Positions 45,871-57,239 are shown, numbered from the stretch's first letter. The stretch: DNA of 64,000 nt from Candidatus Omnitrophota bacterium (GCA_043814605.1 JBDRJV010000007.1:67354-131353); one strand, 5' to 3'. Program-made: numbers and translations. The notes: generated by a model not told the origin, from the letters alone.

Positions 45871-47121
45871 ATGAGTTTTAAAACTCCGGAAGAACAATTA
45901 GAACTGATTAAACGCGGCAGTGTTGAGATTATTTCCGAAACAGAACTGCTTAAAAAACTGGAAAAATCCTGCAAAAATAATAAACCCCTGGTCATTAAAG
46001 CTGGCTTTGATCCGAGTGCACCGGATATCCATTTAGGCCACACAGTGTTATTGCGTAAACTTCGCCATTTTCAGCAATTAGGACATCAAGTTATTTTTCT
46101 AATCGGTGATTTTACGGGTATGATTGGTGATCCTACGGGAAAGTCGGAAATCAGAAAGCAGCTAACCCGTGAGCAGGTTAATAAAAATGCTCAGACCTAT
46201 CAGGATCAAATTGAGAAAATTCTGGATCTAAAAAAAATAAAAATTGTGTTTAACAGCACTTGGTTTGAAAAAATGAATGTGTATAAATTTTTAGAACTTA
46301 CCAGCCATTTGACAATTGCGCAAATTTTAGCGCGGGATGATTTTAAGCAGCGTTATAAGACAGGAAAAGATATCAGTGTTTTAGAATTTATTTATCCACT
46401 TTTACAGGGATATGATTCTGTAGAATTAAAAGCGGATGTGGAGCTGGGAGGGACAGATCAAAAATTTAATCTTTTAGTCGGCCGGCAGCTGCAAAAAGAT
46501 TTCCAAATGGACTCACAGTGTGTATTAATGATGCCTTTATTGGAGGGGTTAGACGGGGCGCAAAAGATGAGTAAGAGTTTAAATAATTATGTGGGTATTA
46601 CTGAGCCCGCCGACGAAATGTATGCAAAATTAATGTCGATTTCGGATGAACTTATGTTTCGTTATTATGAATTACTCACGGATATTGCTTTGCCGGAGAT
46701 CTCTCAAATGAAAAAAGATATTAAATCAGGAAATTTGCATCCGAAAAAAGCCAAAGAAAATTTAGCTTATCAAATCACTGAATTTTATCACGGACAAAAG
46801 TCAGCGGAAAAAGCCCGGATTATTTTTAACAGCCGGTTTAGCGGCGGGACAAACTGGGATGATTTAAATAATTTTCAAACATATGTTTTAAAAAAATCAG
46901 ATTGGCAGCAGGCCAAAAATGGAAAACTTTGGATTTGTAAAATTATTACGCAGGCCGGAGCAACAAAAAGTAATTCTGATGCGAGAAGATTAATCCAGCA
47001 AAAAGCAGTTATGCTTGATGGTCAAGTGCTCGAAGATGACGGTTTAGAATTGCCTTTGCCGGATAAGCATTATTTATTAAAAGTAGGCAAAAAGCAATTT
47101 ATTCGAATAATTACAGAGTAG
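45871..47121 (+). CDS. tyrS: Tyrosyl-tRNA synthetase
   Basis: [36 protein letters not shown]-terminal S4 domain; start moved to the ATG at 45871, downstream of the promoter. Confidence 0.96.
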   Translation: MSFKTPEEQLELIKRGSVEIISETELLKKLEKSCKNNKPLVIKAGFDPSAPDIHLGHTVLLRKLRHFQQLGHQVIFLIGDFTGMIGDPTGKSEIRKQLTREQVNKNAQTYQDQIEKILDLKKIKIVFNSTWFEKMNVYKFLELTSHLTIAQILARDDFKQRYKTGKDISVLEFIYPLLQGYDSVELKADVELGGTDQKFNLLVGRQLQKDFQMDSQCVLMMPLLEGLDGAQKMSKSLNNYVGITEPADEMYAKLMSISDELMFRYYELLTDIALPEISQMKKDIKSGNLHPKKAKENLAYQITEFYHGQKSAEKARIIFNSRFSGGTNWDDLNNFQTYVLKKSDWQQAKNGKLWICKIITQAGATKSNSDARRLIQQKAVMLDGQVLEDDGLELPLPDKHYLLKVGKKQFIRIITE

Positions 47122-47141
47122 TATTTATCTCATAATTGTGG

Positions 47142-49223
47142 ATGAATAAAAATACACAAATCCTCACACAGTCTGCACAATATTTAAAAGGTGTTGGCCC
47201 AAAAAAAATAAAATCCTTAAATAAGTTAAGTATTGCGACAATTAAGGATGTCCTATATTACTTTCCCCGGCGTTATGAAGACCGTTCGAATTTTATTAAT
47301 ATTAGTAAGATTAGTATAGGAAAAATTGAAACTGTACGTGGCCGAGTTTTAACCATGAGCCTAAGACGCTTGCGCGGAAAAAGAACCATATTCCATTTAG
47401 CTGTGGGTGATGAAACCGGCGTAATTTACGGCACCTGGTTTAACCAGCCTTATCTAAAAAATTTCTTTAAGATAAATGATCATGTAATTTTGCACGGAAA
47501 AGTTGATTTTTATCATAAGCTGCAAATTAATTCACCCGAGTATGAAATTTTACAGGATGATGATCCGGAAAATACAATTCACACCGGCCGCATTGTGCCG
47601 ATTTATCCCCTCACGGCTGATGTGAGCCAAAGATATTTACGCAGGATTATTAAATATTGTGTGGATAATTATGCACAGAATATACAGGAATTTTTGCCGG
47701 AAACAATTCTTAAAAGAAATAATCTACTCACATTGGGTCAGTCCTTGCTCAACATCCATTTCCCGGAATCAGATACTCAGTTAAAAACAGCAAGAAAAAG
47801 GTTAATTTTTGATGAATTTTTTCTCCTGCAGTTAGCGCTGGCGATAAAAAGAAAAGATGTAAAAACTAATAAAAACGGAATAAGTTATAAAATCGAAGGA
47901 AAAATTCTAGAAAAATTCAAAAAATCTCTGCCTTTTGAACTTACCGGTGATCAGCAGAAAGTTATGGCGGAAATTGAATCAGATATGGCTAGCTGCCAAC
48001 CGATGAACCGGTTATTACAGGGGGATGTGGGCAGCGGAAAAACAGTTGTTTGTGTGCATGCTGCCCTTATTTGTTTACAAAATAATTATCAAGCTGCTTT
48101 AATGGCGCCGACGGAAATCCTGGCACAGCAGCATGATCAGACAATCAGGGGAATGCTTAAACCTTTGGGGTTTAAAACTGTATGCTTAACCAGCAGCTTG
48201 AAAAAGAAAGAGAAAAAATCTGTTTTAGCGGAAATTGAAAATCAGGCAATAGATTTTATTATTGGTACGCATGCTCTAATTCAAGCAGAGGTTAAATTTA
48301 AAAAACTGGGTTTAATTATCGTGGATGAACAGCATAAATTTGGTGTTTTACAAAGGGAGAAATTATTAAAAAAATCAATTACGCCGGATGTGTTAGTAAT
48401 GAGTGCTACTCCCATACCGCGCACATTAGCAATTACAGTTTACGGTGATTTGGATATTTCCACAATCAGAGAGCTTCCGCCGGAACGGAATCCGGTAAAG
48501 ACCTACTGGATCAGTGAGAAAAAAAGAAAAGATTTTTATACTTTTCTAAAACAAAAAATAAAAGAAAAAAATCAGGTTTATGTGGTCTATCCGGTAATTG
48601 AAAAATCAAAAAGTCTAGATTTAAAAGCTGCCACTAAAATGTTTGAACAGTTTAAAGATAAGATTTTTCCTGAGTATAAAGTTGGCTTAGTACACGGGAA
48701 AATGACAGATTCCCAGAAAAAACAGGTAATGGGGGAATTTAAAAAAGGAAAGATTGATATTTTAGTGGCCACAACTGTGATTGAAGTGGGAATTGATGTC
48801 CCTAATGCCTCAATTATTTTAATCGAACATGCCGAGCGTTTTGGTTTAAGCCAGCTGCATCAGCTGCGCGGCCGGGTCGGACGCGGTAAAAAACAGGCTT
48901 TTTGTGTATTACTCAGTTCTGGGAAATCCGAAGATTCACAAAAAAGGCTCTCGGCGATGATTAAAACAACAGATGGGTTTAAAATCGCTGAGTATGATTT
49001 GTTGATTCGCGGCCCGGGTGAATTTTTTGGCACCCGGCAAAGCGGGCTGCCAGAGCTTAAACTCGGTAATATTATTAATGATAAAGATGCGTTAATCTTA
49101 GCTCGTAAGGAAGCTTTTTCCTTTATGCAGGAACAGAATCTTGATTACACCTCTAATTTTACGTGTATTACGGAAATGCTTGACCGATTTTCTCTTGATC
49201 CGGCTCAGGTAATGTCTCGTTAA
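47142..49223 (+). CDS. recG: ATP-dependent DNA helicase RecG
   Basis: LKGVGP, QGDVGSGKT, DEQHKFG, SATPIPR, QLHQLRGRVGRG, RGPGEFFG.RQSG. Confidence 0.96.
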   Translation: MNKNTQILTQSAQYLKGVGPKKIKSLNKLSIATIKDVLYYFPRRYEDRSNFINISKISIGKIETVRGRVLTMSLRRLRGKRTIFHLAVGDETGVIYGTWFNQPYLKNFFKINDHVILHGKVDFYHKLQINSPEYEILQDDDPENTIHTGRIVPIYPLTADVSQRYLRRIIKYCVDNYAQNIQEFLPETILKRNNLLTLGQSLLNIHFPESDTQLKTARKRLIFDEFFLLQLALAIKRKDVKTNKNGISYKIEGKILEKFKKSLPFELTGDQQKVMAEIESDMASCQPMNRLLQGDVGSGKTVVCVHAALICLQNNYQAALMAPTEILAQQHDQTIRGMLKPLGFKTVCLTSSLKKKEKKSVLAEIENQAIDFIIGTHALIQAEVKFKKLGLIIVDEQHKFGVLQREKLLKKSITPDVLVMSATPIPRTLAITVYGDLDISTIRELPPERNPVKTYWISEKKRKDFYTFLKQKIKEKNQVYVVYPVIEKSKSLDLKAATKMFEQFKDKIFPEYKVGLVHGKMTDSQKKQVMGEFKKGKIDILVATTVIEVGIDVPNASIILIEHAERFGLSQLHQLRGRVGRGKKQAFCVLLSSGKSEDSQKRLSAMIKTTDGFKIAEYDLLIRGPGEFFGTRQSGLPELKLGNIINDKDALILARKEAFSFMQEQNLDYTSNFTCITEMLDRFSLDPAQVMSR

Positions 49224-49365
49224 AACCTTGCTTAGCTGATTTATGGTAAATTAAGGGTTTTTTTATTGACGTAACTCTAAATTTCTGGTATACATATCTC
49301 TATGTCTGTTATTCCAAAATTCCTAAAGATTAAACATTTTTTTTCAAATTTTGGAGGTCATGCAA

Positions 49366-50892
49366 ATGAGTAAGGATTCCTTTGCTCATCACCGGCCGCA
49401 ATGGAAAACTCATATTGGTTTTTTACTGGCGGCAATTGGCTCAGCTGTAGGCTTAGGCAATATCTGGAGATTTCCATACCTGTGTTATAAAAATGGCGGC
49501 GGAGCTTTTTTAGTCCCTTATTTAATTGCGCTTTTTGTGGTGGGTATTCCCTTAATGATTTTGGAAATTGGGTTAGGCCATAAAATGCGTGGTTCAGCTC
49601 CTGCCAGTGTTTCCAGTATTTCTAAAAAATGGGAATGGTGCGGCTGGTGGCAGGTAATCTTAGCTATGGGTGGTATTTTGTTTTATTATTCAGTGATTAT
49701 TGCCTGGTGTGTTGATTATTTTTTTTATGCATTTAGCAGCAGTTGGACTGAGAATCCAAATGCTTTTTTCTTTGAAAAATTTCTTATGGTTAGCGATGGC
49801 CCTTTTCAAATCGGTGATTTAAGAACTCCGATTTTAATTGCACTCTTAGCGGTCTGGATTATAAATTGGCTGGTTGTATTTCTCGGCGTGCAAAAAGGAT
49901 TAGAACGTGCGAATAAAGTATTTATGCCTTTATTATTTTGCTTAACCGTAATAATCGTGCTTTGGAGTATCCGTTTACCAGGAGCCAAAGCAGGAATTCT
50001 GGTTTATATCACGCCTCAATTGGGCTGTTTAAAAAATATTAAAGTGTGGATGGATGCTTTTAGTCAAATTTTCTTTTCTTTAAGTTTAGGGTTTGGGGTT
50101 ATGGTGGCCTATTCATCGTATTTACCGCAGAAATGCCAGATTGTTAAAGATGCTTGCATCATAAGTATTATTGATTGTTTATTTTCGATTTTTGCCGGGT
50201 TTGGAGTTTTTTCAGTTCTGGGGTATATGGCTAATTCCACAGCTGTACCAATCAGCGAGGTTGTGCAGGAATCCATTGGCTTAGCTTTTGTTGTGTATCC
50301 GAAAGCGATTAGTCTGCTGCCAGCTTTTTCCCGTGAATTTGGTTTAATCTTTTTCGCTATTTTAGTTATTGCCGGATTATCTTCCGGAATATCAATATTA
50401 GAAGCAGTAACCTCGGCGATAATCGATAAATTCCATTATTCACGTAAAGTTGTAGTTTCTGTGCTTTCGGTTATCGGATTTTTAGGCGGTATAATTTTTA
50501 CAACCCGTGCCGGGCTTTTCTGGCTGGATATTGTTGATCATGCGGTAACGCATTACGGGATTGTGATCACGGCAATTTTTGAATGCATAATCATTGGCTG
50601 GGTGTTTAAAGCTAAACGTTTACGCATGCACATTAATCATTACAGTGTTTGGAAATTAAAAAAATGGTGGTGGGATGTTTCGATTAAGTTTATTGCGCCG
50701 CTGATTCTTTTGGGGCTGTTAATTTCTACAATTTTAGAAGAAATTGCTAAGCCCTACGGTGATTATTCCCGCCTAGCGACAATTGTGATCGGCCGTGACT
50801 GGCTTATATATACTTTATTTTTTGCAATTATTATTTCAACTTATGCCTGGAAAGTTGAACCACAAAAAAGAATGCTTGATTTGGAAAAGTAA
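49366..50892 (+). CDS. Sodium-dependent transporter (NSS/SNF family)
   Basis: GSAVGLGNIWRFPY..Y.NGGGAF, QIFFSLSLGFG, GLAFVVYP. Confidence 0.93.
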   Translation: MSKDSFAHHRPQWKTHIGFLLAAIGSAVGLGNIWRFPYLCYKNGGGAFLVPYLIALFVVGIPLMILEIGLGHKMRGSAPASVSSISKKWEWCGWWQVILAMGGILFYYSVIIAWCVDYFFYAFSSSWTENPNAFFFEKFLMVSDGPFQIGDLRTPILIALLAVWIINWLVVFLGVQKGLERANKVFMPLLFCLTVIIVLWSIRLPGAKAGILVYITPQLGCLKNIKVWMDAFSQIFFSLSLGFGVMVAYSSYLPQKCQIVKDACIISIIDCLFSIFAGFGVFSVLGYMANSTAVPISEVVQESIGLAFVVYPKAISLLPAFSREFGLIFFAILVIAGLSSGISILEAVTSAIIDKFHYSRKVVVSVLSVIGFLGGIIFTTRAGLFWLDIVDHAVTHYGIVITAIFECIIIGWVFKAKRLRMHINHYSVWKLKKWWWDVSIKFIAPLILLGLLISTILEEIAKPYGDYSRLATIVIGRDWLIYTLFFAIIISTYAWKVEPQKRMLDLEK

Positions 50893-50945
50893 TAAAATAT
50901 TTTATGAAAATTATACATTCTAAACCGATAAGGAGGTAGTGAGTA

Positions 50946-52997
50946 ATGGAGAAATATACAGGTAGCTCTATACGTAATATTGTAGTGCTTTCACATTTAG
51001 GGGCTGGTAAAACGTCACTGGTTGAATCAATTCTTTTTACTCAAGGCCAAGTTACAAGGCTGGGCAGTGTGGATGAGGGAAATTCTAATAGTGATTACGA
51101 TTCGATCGAAATAAGCCGCAAAATTTCTATCAATACTTCCTTACTGCACTGTTTCAGCGGTAAAGTTAAATTAAATTTTATTGATACACCGGGCTATGCT
51201 GATTTTATTATGGAATTGCGCAATGCCATTCCAGCGGCTGAAGCAGCAGTGGTAGTTATCAGTGGAGTTGACGGGATTGAGGTGGGGACACAAAGAGTAT
51301 GGACAATTCTGGATAAATATAATTTACCGCGTTGTGTTTTTATCAATAAATTAGATAAAGAAAATGCAGACTTTTATAAAACTGTAGAGCAAATTGTCGA
51401 GAATTTTGGTAATAACTGTATTCCCGTATTTATTCCTAACGGCACACAAGCAAATTTTAATAATATTGCGGATATTATTTCTCAATCAAACCTGGATTCA
51501 CTCAGTGATGAGGATAAACAAAAAGGTGAAAAATACAGAGAGAAATTTATTGAACTTGTTGCGGAAGTTGATGATAATCTTATAGAAAAGTATCTTAACG
51601 GTGAAGAATTAACCGCGGAAGAGATTAACGCAGCATTTAAACAGGCGTTTATGCAAAATAAAGTGGTGCCGATTTTTTGCGGGAATTCCCTTAAGAGTAT
51701 TGGCGTCAAGGAATTTATCCAAAAAATTGTAGATTTTGTTCCCAGTCCGGATATGAAAGGGGAAATTGAAGGGATTGACCCGCAAACAAAAGAAAAAAAA
51801 GTTTTACCGGTTAAAGACAATGCTGCTTTCAGCGGTTTTGTGTTTAAAACAATTTCTGATCCTTATGTCGGTCAGTTAAGTATTTTTAAGGTAGCATCCG
51901 GGATTTTAAAATCTAACACAGAATTTTTTAATGTTACCGAATCACAAGTTGAGCGCTTCGGACAGCTCTATGTGCTTCAGGGTAAAGAACAGCTGCCGGT
52001 GGATGAGGTTTTTGCCGGGGATATTGCGGCGGTAGCGAAATTAAAAGTAACCCATACCGGAGACTCGATCAGTGATATTAAAGAAAAAGTATTGTATGAT
52101 AAAAAAGCTACGGCTTTACCGGCAATATCATATTCTCTTAAACCAAAAACAAGACAAGATGAAGAAAAAATTTCTCAGGCGCTCGCCAAGATGACAATCG
52201 AAGATCAGGGAATTCAGGTATCCCGCGACACTCAGACAAAAGAATTAATTATTTCTGGTATGGGAGATTCGCATCTGGAAGTTACAATTGAAAGATTAAA
52301 AACCCGGTATCATGTAGAGGTTGAAGTAGGCACGCCGAAAGTCCCTTATAAAGAAACAATCAGAAAAAGCACTAAAGTGCATCATAAGTACAAAAAACAA
52401 TCCGGAGGCCGGGGGCAATACGGTGATGTATGGCTGGAGATTGAGCCTTTACCGCGCGGTGAAAATTTTGAATTTGTTAATAAAGTTGTCGGCGGTGCTG
52501 TCCCGCGCCAATATATCCCGTCTGTGGAAAAAGGTGTGCGCAGATCAATGAGTGAGGGTGCGGTTGCCGGATATCCGTTAGTTGATTTAAAAGTAACAAT
52601 TTATGATGGTTCTTATCATGAAGTTGATTCATCAGATATGGCATTTCAAATTGCCGGGGGTATGGCTTTACGTAAGGGAATATTAGAAGCGTCTCCGGTA
52701 TTATTGGAACCAGTTATGGAAGTAGAGGTTATTATACCCGATGATTGTATGGGCGCGATAAACGGTGATTTAAGTTCCCGCCGGGGCCGGGTACAGGGAA
52801 TGGAACAAGCAGGTAAGTATGAGAAGATTAAAGCCCAGGTGCCATTATCAGAAATGCTGCGCTACGCAACTGACTTGCGCAGTATGACACACGGACGGGG
52901 CTCTTATTCGATGAGTTTTTCCCATTATGAGGAAGTGCCGCAAAGAATCACGGAAAAAATTATTGCTCAGTCAAAAAAAGCGGAAAAGGAAGAATAA
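50946..52997 (+). CDS. Elongation factor G paralog (EF-G2-like)
   Basis: GAGKT, DTPGYADF, NKLD, KKQSGGRGQYG, DGSYHEVDSS; divergent G1/G3 motifs. Confidence 0.88.
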   Translation: MEKYTGSSIRNIVVLSHLGAGKTSLVESILFTQGQVTRLGSVDEGNSNSDYDSIEISRKISINTSLLHCFSGKVKLNFIDTPGYADFIMELRNAIPAAEAAVVVISGVDGIEVGTQRVWTILDKYNLPRCVFINKLDKENADFYKTVEQIVENFGNNCIPVFIPNGTQANFNNIADIISQSNLDSLSDEDKQKGEKYREKFIELVAEVDDNLIEKYLNGEELTAEEINAAFKQAFMQNKVVPIFCGNSLKSIGVKEFIQKIVDFVPSPDMKGEIEGIDPQTKEKKVLPVKDNAAFSGFVFKTISDPYVGQLSIFKVASGILKSNTEFFNVTESQVERFGQLYVLQGKEQLPVDEVFAGDIAAVAKLKVTHTGDSISDIKEKVLYDKKATALPAISYSLKPKTRQDEEKISQALAKMTIEDQGIQVSRDTQTKELIISGMGDSHLEVTIERLKTRYHVEVEVGTPKVPYKETIRKSTKVHHKYKKQSGGRGQYGDVWLEIEPLPRGENFEFVNKVVGGAVPRQYIPSVEKGVRRSMSEGAVAGYPLVDLKVTIYDGSYHEVDSSDMAFQIAGGMALRKGILEASPVLLEPVMEVEVIIPDDCMGAINGDLSSRRGRVQGMEQAGKYEKIKAQVPLSEMLRYATDLRSMTHGRGSYSMSFSHYEEVPQRITEKIIAQSKKAEKEE

Positions 52998-53009
52998 TTT
53001 CTATTAATA

Positions 53010-53405
53010 ATGTTTCTAAAAAAAACAAAGGCATTTACTTTAATTGAAACGATAATTGCTTTGGCAATTCTAGGTGTGGGTTTGGTTGCGGTCATGCGCT
53101 ATTTTCCCCAGGCTTTAGATACGGCAAAAAGATCGGCAGATTTAACTCAGGCGACCATGATTGCTCAGCAAAAAATTGAAGAGATTAAAGCCGAGAGTTT
53201 TGATAATATTAATAATGCAGATAGTTTTCAGACCAGCGGGTTTATTTTGGATCCAGAGCATAGCGGCTTTGAATATGAAATAGTGATTAACCCCTTAGGT
53301 GATGTTACACTAAAAAGTATTACCGTGCGTGTGCGCTGGCAATTTAAAGCGAAAACAATCAGCCGGGAATTTCAAACACAAATTGTTAAATATGAGCCAG
53401 CTTAA
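53010..53405 (+). CDS. Orphan prepilin-type protein (PilV/GspI-like)
   Basis: KA|FTLIE, hydrophobic helix, AQQKIEE, ITVRVRW. Confidence 0.8.
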   Translation: MFLKKTKAFTLIETIIALAILGVGLVAVMRYFPQALDTAKRSADLTQATMIAQQKIEEIKAESFDNINNADSFQTSGFILDPEHSGFEYEIVINPLGDVTLKSITVRVRWQFKAKTISREFQTQIVKYEPA

Positions 53406-53440
53406 AAAACAAATAAAATGAAATAGGAGCAGGTGATTTT

Positions 53441-54193
53441 ATGTCCGGACATTCAAAGTGGGCAAGTATCAAACACAAAAAAGCAGCAACGGATGCTAAA
53501 AGAGGTAAAATTTTTACAAAACTGATTAAAGAAATAACTGTTGCGGCTAGATTCGGCGGAGGGAATCCAGAAGCTAATCCACGTTTGCGTTTAGCGATAT
53601 CCAAAGCGAAAGAATCGAATATGCCTAAGGATAATATTGATAAGGCGATAAAAAAGGGTACCGGAGAACTGCCGGGTGTTGTTTATGAAGAAATAATTTA
53701 TGAGGGTTATGGCCAGAACGGAGTAGCAATATTAGTGAATGTTTTAACTGATAATAAAAATCGCGCGGCAGCAGAATTACGCAGTTTGTTTACGAAAAAA
53801 GGCGGGAACATGGCCGGAGCCGGTTCTGTTGCCTGGCAGTTTAAGCAAAAGGGGTTGATTATTGTTAATGCCCGGGAATGTTCTGAAGAAAAACTAATGG
53901 ATATTGTTTTAGAAAACGGAGCCGAAGATATAACGCAGCAGGAAGGGAATTTTGAAGTCAGTATTCCGGTGAAAGAATTCGATAATGTAAAAAAAGCGAT
54001 TGAAGATGCCGGGATAAACCCTGTATCGGCAGAAATAACCATGATTCCCGATGCGAATGTGAAAATTACCGATCAAGTTGTGGCAGCACAAATCATGAAT
54101 TTAGTCAGCGCGTTAGAGGATCATGATGATGTGCAGAATGTTTACGCTAATTTTGATATTCCGGATGAAATTCTAGAAAAATTAGATTCTTAA
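53441..54193 (+). CDS. yebC: YebC/PmpR family protein
   Basis: MSGHSKWASIKHKK, YEGYG, LEDHDDVQNVYAN. Confidence 0.96.
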   Translation: MSGHSKWASIKHKKAATDAKRGKIFTKLIKEITVAARFGGGNPEANPRLRLAISKAKESNMPKDNIDKAIKKGTGELPGVVYEEIIYEGYGQNGVAILVNVLTDNKNRAAAELRSLFTKKGGNMAGAGSVAWQFKQKGLIIVNARECSEEKLMDIVLENGAEDITQQEGNFEVSIPVKEFDNVKKAIEDAGINPVSAEITMIPDANVKITDQVVAAQIMNLVSALEDHDDVQNVYANFDIPDEILEKLDS

Positions 54194-54218
54194 TTTTTAA
54201 TGTGCAAAAGAGAAAAAT

Positions 54219-54764
54219 ATGCGAGTTTTAGGTGTGGATCCCGGACTGCAATGTACAGGTTATGGTATAATCGAATTTAAGGGCAGCAGTACTAATTTAA
54301 AATCAAAGGCGGCAAATCGGATAACTCTTTTGGAAGCGGGAATCATCCGGACGAAAGCGCGCGATAAATTAACCGTAAGATTAAAAAAAATTTATGCCGG
54401 AATTTTAGAAGTGTCAGAGAAATACAATCCGGATGTAATTGCTTTAGAAGAATTATACTCGCATTATCAGAATCCGCGTACGGCAATTATTATGGCGCAT
54501 GCCCGCGGAGTAATTTGCTTAGTTGCTGCGAACACAAACATTAATGTTGTTGATTATGCCGCACGTAAAGTGAAAAAAGCCATAACCGGTACAGGCACAG
54601 CAAAAAAAATACAGATGCAAAAAGTGGTAAAAGAAATTTTAAATTTAAAAAAAAATCCCGAGCCGCATGATGTTGCCGATGCATTAGCTTTAGCGATTAC
54701 ACATTTAAATGTTTCAAGGTTTGTAAAATTTAATGCCGGTGAAAAAATAAGGATTAATTTTTGA
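54219..54764 (+). CDS. ruvC: Holliday junction resolvase RuvC
   Basis: LGVDPG..TGYG, ARGVI, DVADALALA. Confidence 0.95.
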   Translation: MRVLGVDPGLQCTGYGIIEFKGSSTNLKSKAANRITLLEAGIIRTKARDKLTVRLKKIYAGILEVSEKYNPDVIALEELYSHYQNPRTAIIMAHARGVICLVAANTNINVVDYAARKVKKAITGTGTAKKIQMQKVVKEILNLKKNPEPHDVADALALAITHLNVSRFVKFNAGEKIRINF

Positions 54765-55396
54765 TGATTTCCCGAATATCTGGTAAACTAATAAAAAGAA
54801 ACGAACTTTCCTTGGTGCTGGATGTAAATGGAATTGGTTATGAAGTTTTTATTCCCCAAGGGGTAATAAAGTGCATGAGTTTTGACCGGACGGATGCGCA
54901 AATATTAGAGTTTATCACTTTTCATTATTATCAGAACGATCAGTCAAAAAGTATACCGATTTTAATCGGATTCGATAATGAAGTTGAGCGAGAATTCTTT
55001 GAAAAATTTATCACTGTATCCGGCATCGGGCCAAAAGCTGCGGTAAAAGCGTTAAGTGAGCCGATATCCGATATTGCCCGCGCGATTGATAATGGAGATA
55101 TTAGTTTTTTAAAATCATTACCCGGTATTGGTACACAGCGGGCCCGTGAGATTATTGCTAAATTACAGGGTAAAGTAGGAAAATTCGGTTTAATTCAGTC
55201 TGTGGCTTGGCCTAGCCTTATGCCGGAGGTGAAAACAGATTTAGAAAAAGAAGCATTAGCAGTATTATTGCAATTACAGTACAAAAAAACAGAAGCAGAA
55301 TTAATGATTAAAAAAGCAATCGAAAGAAACCCTAACCTAGAAAGTTCAGAAGAGCTGTTAAATGAAGTATACAGACAAAGATCAAAACAAGATTGA
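54761..55396 (+). CDS. ruvA: Holliday junction helicase subunit RuvA
   Basis: DVNGIGYEV, VSGIGPK, PGIG; ruvC/ruvB context. Confidence 0.93.
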   Translation: MMISRISGKLIKRNELSLVLDVNGIGYEVFIPQGVIKCMSFDRTDAQILEFITFHYYQNDQSKSIPILIGFDNEVEREFFEKFITVSGIGPKAAVKALSEPISDIARAIDNGDISFLKSLPGIGTQRAREIIAKLQGKVGKFGLIQSVAWPSLMPEVKTDLEKEALAVLLQLQYKKTEAELMIKKAIERNPNLESSEELLNEVYRQRSKQD

Positions 55397-55409
55397 GCCG
55401 GAGGAAAAT

Positions 55410-56450
55410 ATGCTTCGGGAACCGGTGCTCAGGCAGGCAGAGACAGAAGAAGATATTGTCCTCAATCTTTCTTTGCGTCCTTTTCAATTCAATGATTTTA
55501 TCGGCCAGAAACAGATTAAGGAAAACCTTAAGATCGGGATTGAGGCTTCAAAATCAAGAAATGAGCCGCTGGAACATTTAATTTTTTCCGGACCTCCGGG
55601 ACTGGGAAAAACAACACTGGCGCATATTATTGCGCATGAAATGGGCACGAAGATTACAACAACCTCCGGCCCGGCGATTGAACGGGCGGGAGATTTGATT
55701 GGTATTCTGACCAACCTTGAACACGGAGATATTTTATTTATTGATGAAATCCATCGCTTATCTAAAATTGTCGAAGAATTCCTTTATCCGGCCATGGAAG
55801 ATTATAAAATTGATTTTGTGATTGATAAAGGCCCGTATGCAAAAACAATAAATTTTAACTTGAAACCATTTACCTTAATCGGCGCAACAACGCGTTCCGG
55901 GCTTTTGACTGCGGCTTTGCGCAGCCGTTTTGGCATGTACTATCATCTTGATTTTTATCCCTGGGAAGAATTAGTCACTGTGATCAAAAAATCAGCCGCA
56001 GTATTGGGTATTGATTTAGATGATGAAAGTGCTGTAATAATTGCCAAAAGATCCCGCGGGACACCGCGCGTAGCCAATCGATTACTCAGGCGTGTGCGGG
56101 ATTATTCTCAAGTTAAGGCCAAAGGCCGTGTGGATGCGCAGATTACGGGTACAGCACTTAATTTACAGGGTGTAGATAATTTGGGTTTAGATGATATTGA
56201 CCGCAGAGTATTAAAAGTAATTTTGGATACCTATAATGGCGGGCCTGTAGGCATAGAATCTCTGGCCGCTACTTTAAACGAAGAAAGTGATACAATTGTT
56301 GATGTGGTTGAACCTTATTTATTAAAAATGGGTCTTTTAAAACGTTCACCGCGAGGACGCATTGCCACAGAACTAGCTTACCAGCATCTTGGCTGTAATA
56401 AAATCAAAGGCAAGAAAAACTCTCAAAAGGAGATGTTTGAAAGTGAGTAG
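55410..56450 (+). CDS. ruvB: Holliday junction helicase RuvB
   Basis: LRP, GPPGLGKTT, FIDEIHR, GATTR, SRGTPR; start at 55410 chosen from SD GAGGA (55362 also possible). Confidence 0.96.
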   Translation: MLREPVLRQAETEEDIVLNLSLRPFQFNDFIGQKQIKENLKIGIEASKSRNEPLEHLIFSGPPGLGKTTLAHIIAHEMGTKITTTSGPAIERAGDLIGILTNLEHGDILFIDEIHRLSKIVEEFLYPAMEDYKIDFVIDKGPYAKTINFNLKPFTLIGATTRSGLLTAALRSRFGMYYHLDFYPWEELVTVIKKSAAVLGIDLDDESAVIIAKRSRGTPRVANRLLRRVRDYSQVKAKGRVDAQITGTALNLQGVDNLGLDDIDRRVLKVILDTYNGGPVGIESLAATLNEESDTIVDVVEPYLLKMGLLKRSPRGRIATELAYQHLGCNKIKGKKNSQKEMFESE

Positions 56451-57018
56451 TCCGGAAATTCAAAAACATGTGCTTTTACATGTTTGCTGTGCTCCCTGCA
56501 TTATTTATCCTCTAAAAAAACTAAAATTATTAAATTATAAAGTCACCGGTTTTTTTTATAATCCGAACATCCAGCCGGAAGCAGAATACGCTTTAAGAAA
56601 AAAAAATATAGAAAAATTTTCACAATGCTTTAATTGTGATATTATTTATGCGGCTAATTATACTGCGGATGATTTTTTTCAAGCAATAGGTAATGCAATC
56701 TCACCGCCGGAACGCTGCCAGCTTTGTTGGGAACTGCGTTTAAAGCAAACCGCACATTATGCTAAGGAAAATAATTTTGATTTGTTCACATCTACCTTGC
56801 TGGTCAGCCCTTACCAGGATAGAATTTTACTAAAACAGGCAGGAGAAAAAACAGCTAGAGAGCAGGGAGTTGAATTTTTATTTTATGATTTTAGCGAAGG
56901 TTATCCGGAATCAGTAACAATTTCTCGAGAGCTGGGTATGTACCGACAAAAATATTGCGGGTGTAAATATAGTCTTGAGGAAAAGACTAAAGAAAAAAAG
57001 ATAAAAGATAAACAATGA
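56443..57018 (+). CDS. queH: Epoxyqueuosine reductase QueH (DUF208)
   Basis: LLHVCCAPC, FYNPNI, RC..C, YRQKYCGC. Confidence 0.9.
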   Translation: MSSPEIQKHVLLHVCCAPCIIYPLKKLKLLNYKVTGFFYNPNIQPEAEYALRKKNIEKFSQCFNCDIIYAANYTADDFFQAIGNAISPPERCQLCWELRLKQTAHYAKENNFDLFTSTLLVSPYQDRILLKQAGEKTAREQGVEFLFYDFSEGYPESVTISRELGMYRQKYCGCKYSLEEKTKEKKIKDKQ

Positions 57019-57239
57019 ATCAAATAGCCGGGATCGGTAAATATTTAATACTCATCGGTGTAATTCTGATTATTGCGGGAATTTTTGTTTTTTTAGCCGG
57101 GAAAATTAAATGGCTGGGTCATTTACCAGGTGATATTTTTATTCAAAAAAAGAATTTTTCTTTTTATTTTCCGTTAACCACTTGTATTTTAATCAGTATT
57201 TTATTGTCTTTGATTATTTGGCTTTTTTCGAAAAAATAA
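57015..57239 (+). CDS. DUF2905-like small membrane protein
   Basis: LG.LPGDI...NFSFYFPLTTCILIS motif; usual ruvB-queA neighbour. Confidence 0.85.
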   Translation: MNQIAGIGKYLILIGVILIIAGIFVFLAGKIKWLGHLPGDIFIQKKNFSFYFPLTTCILISILLSLIIWLFSKK

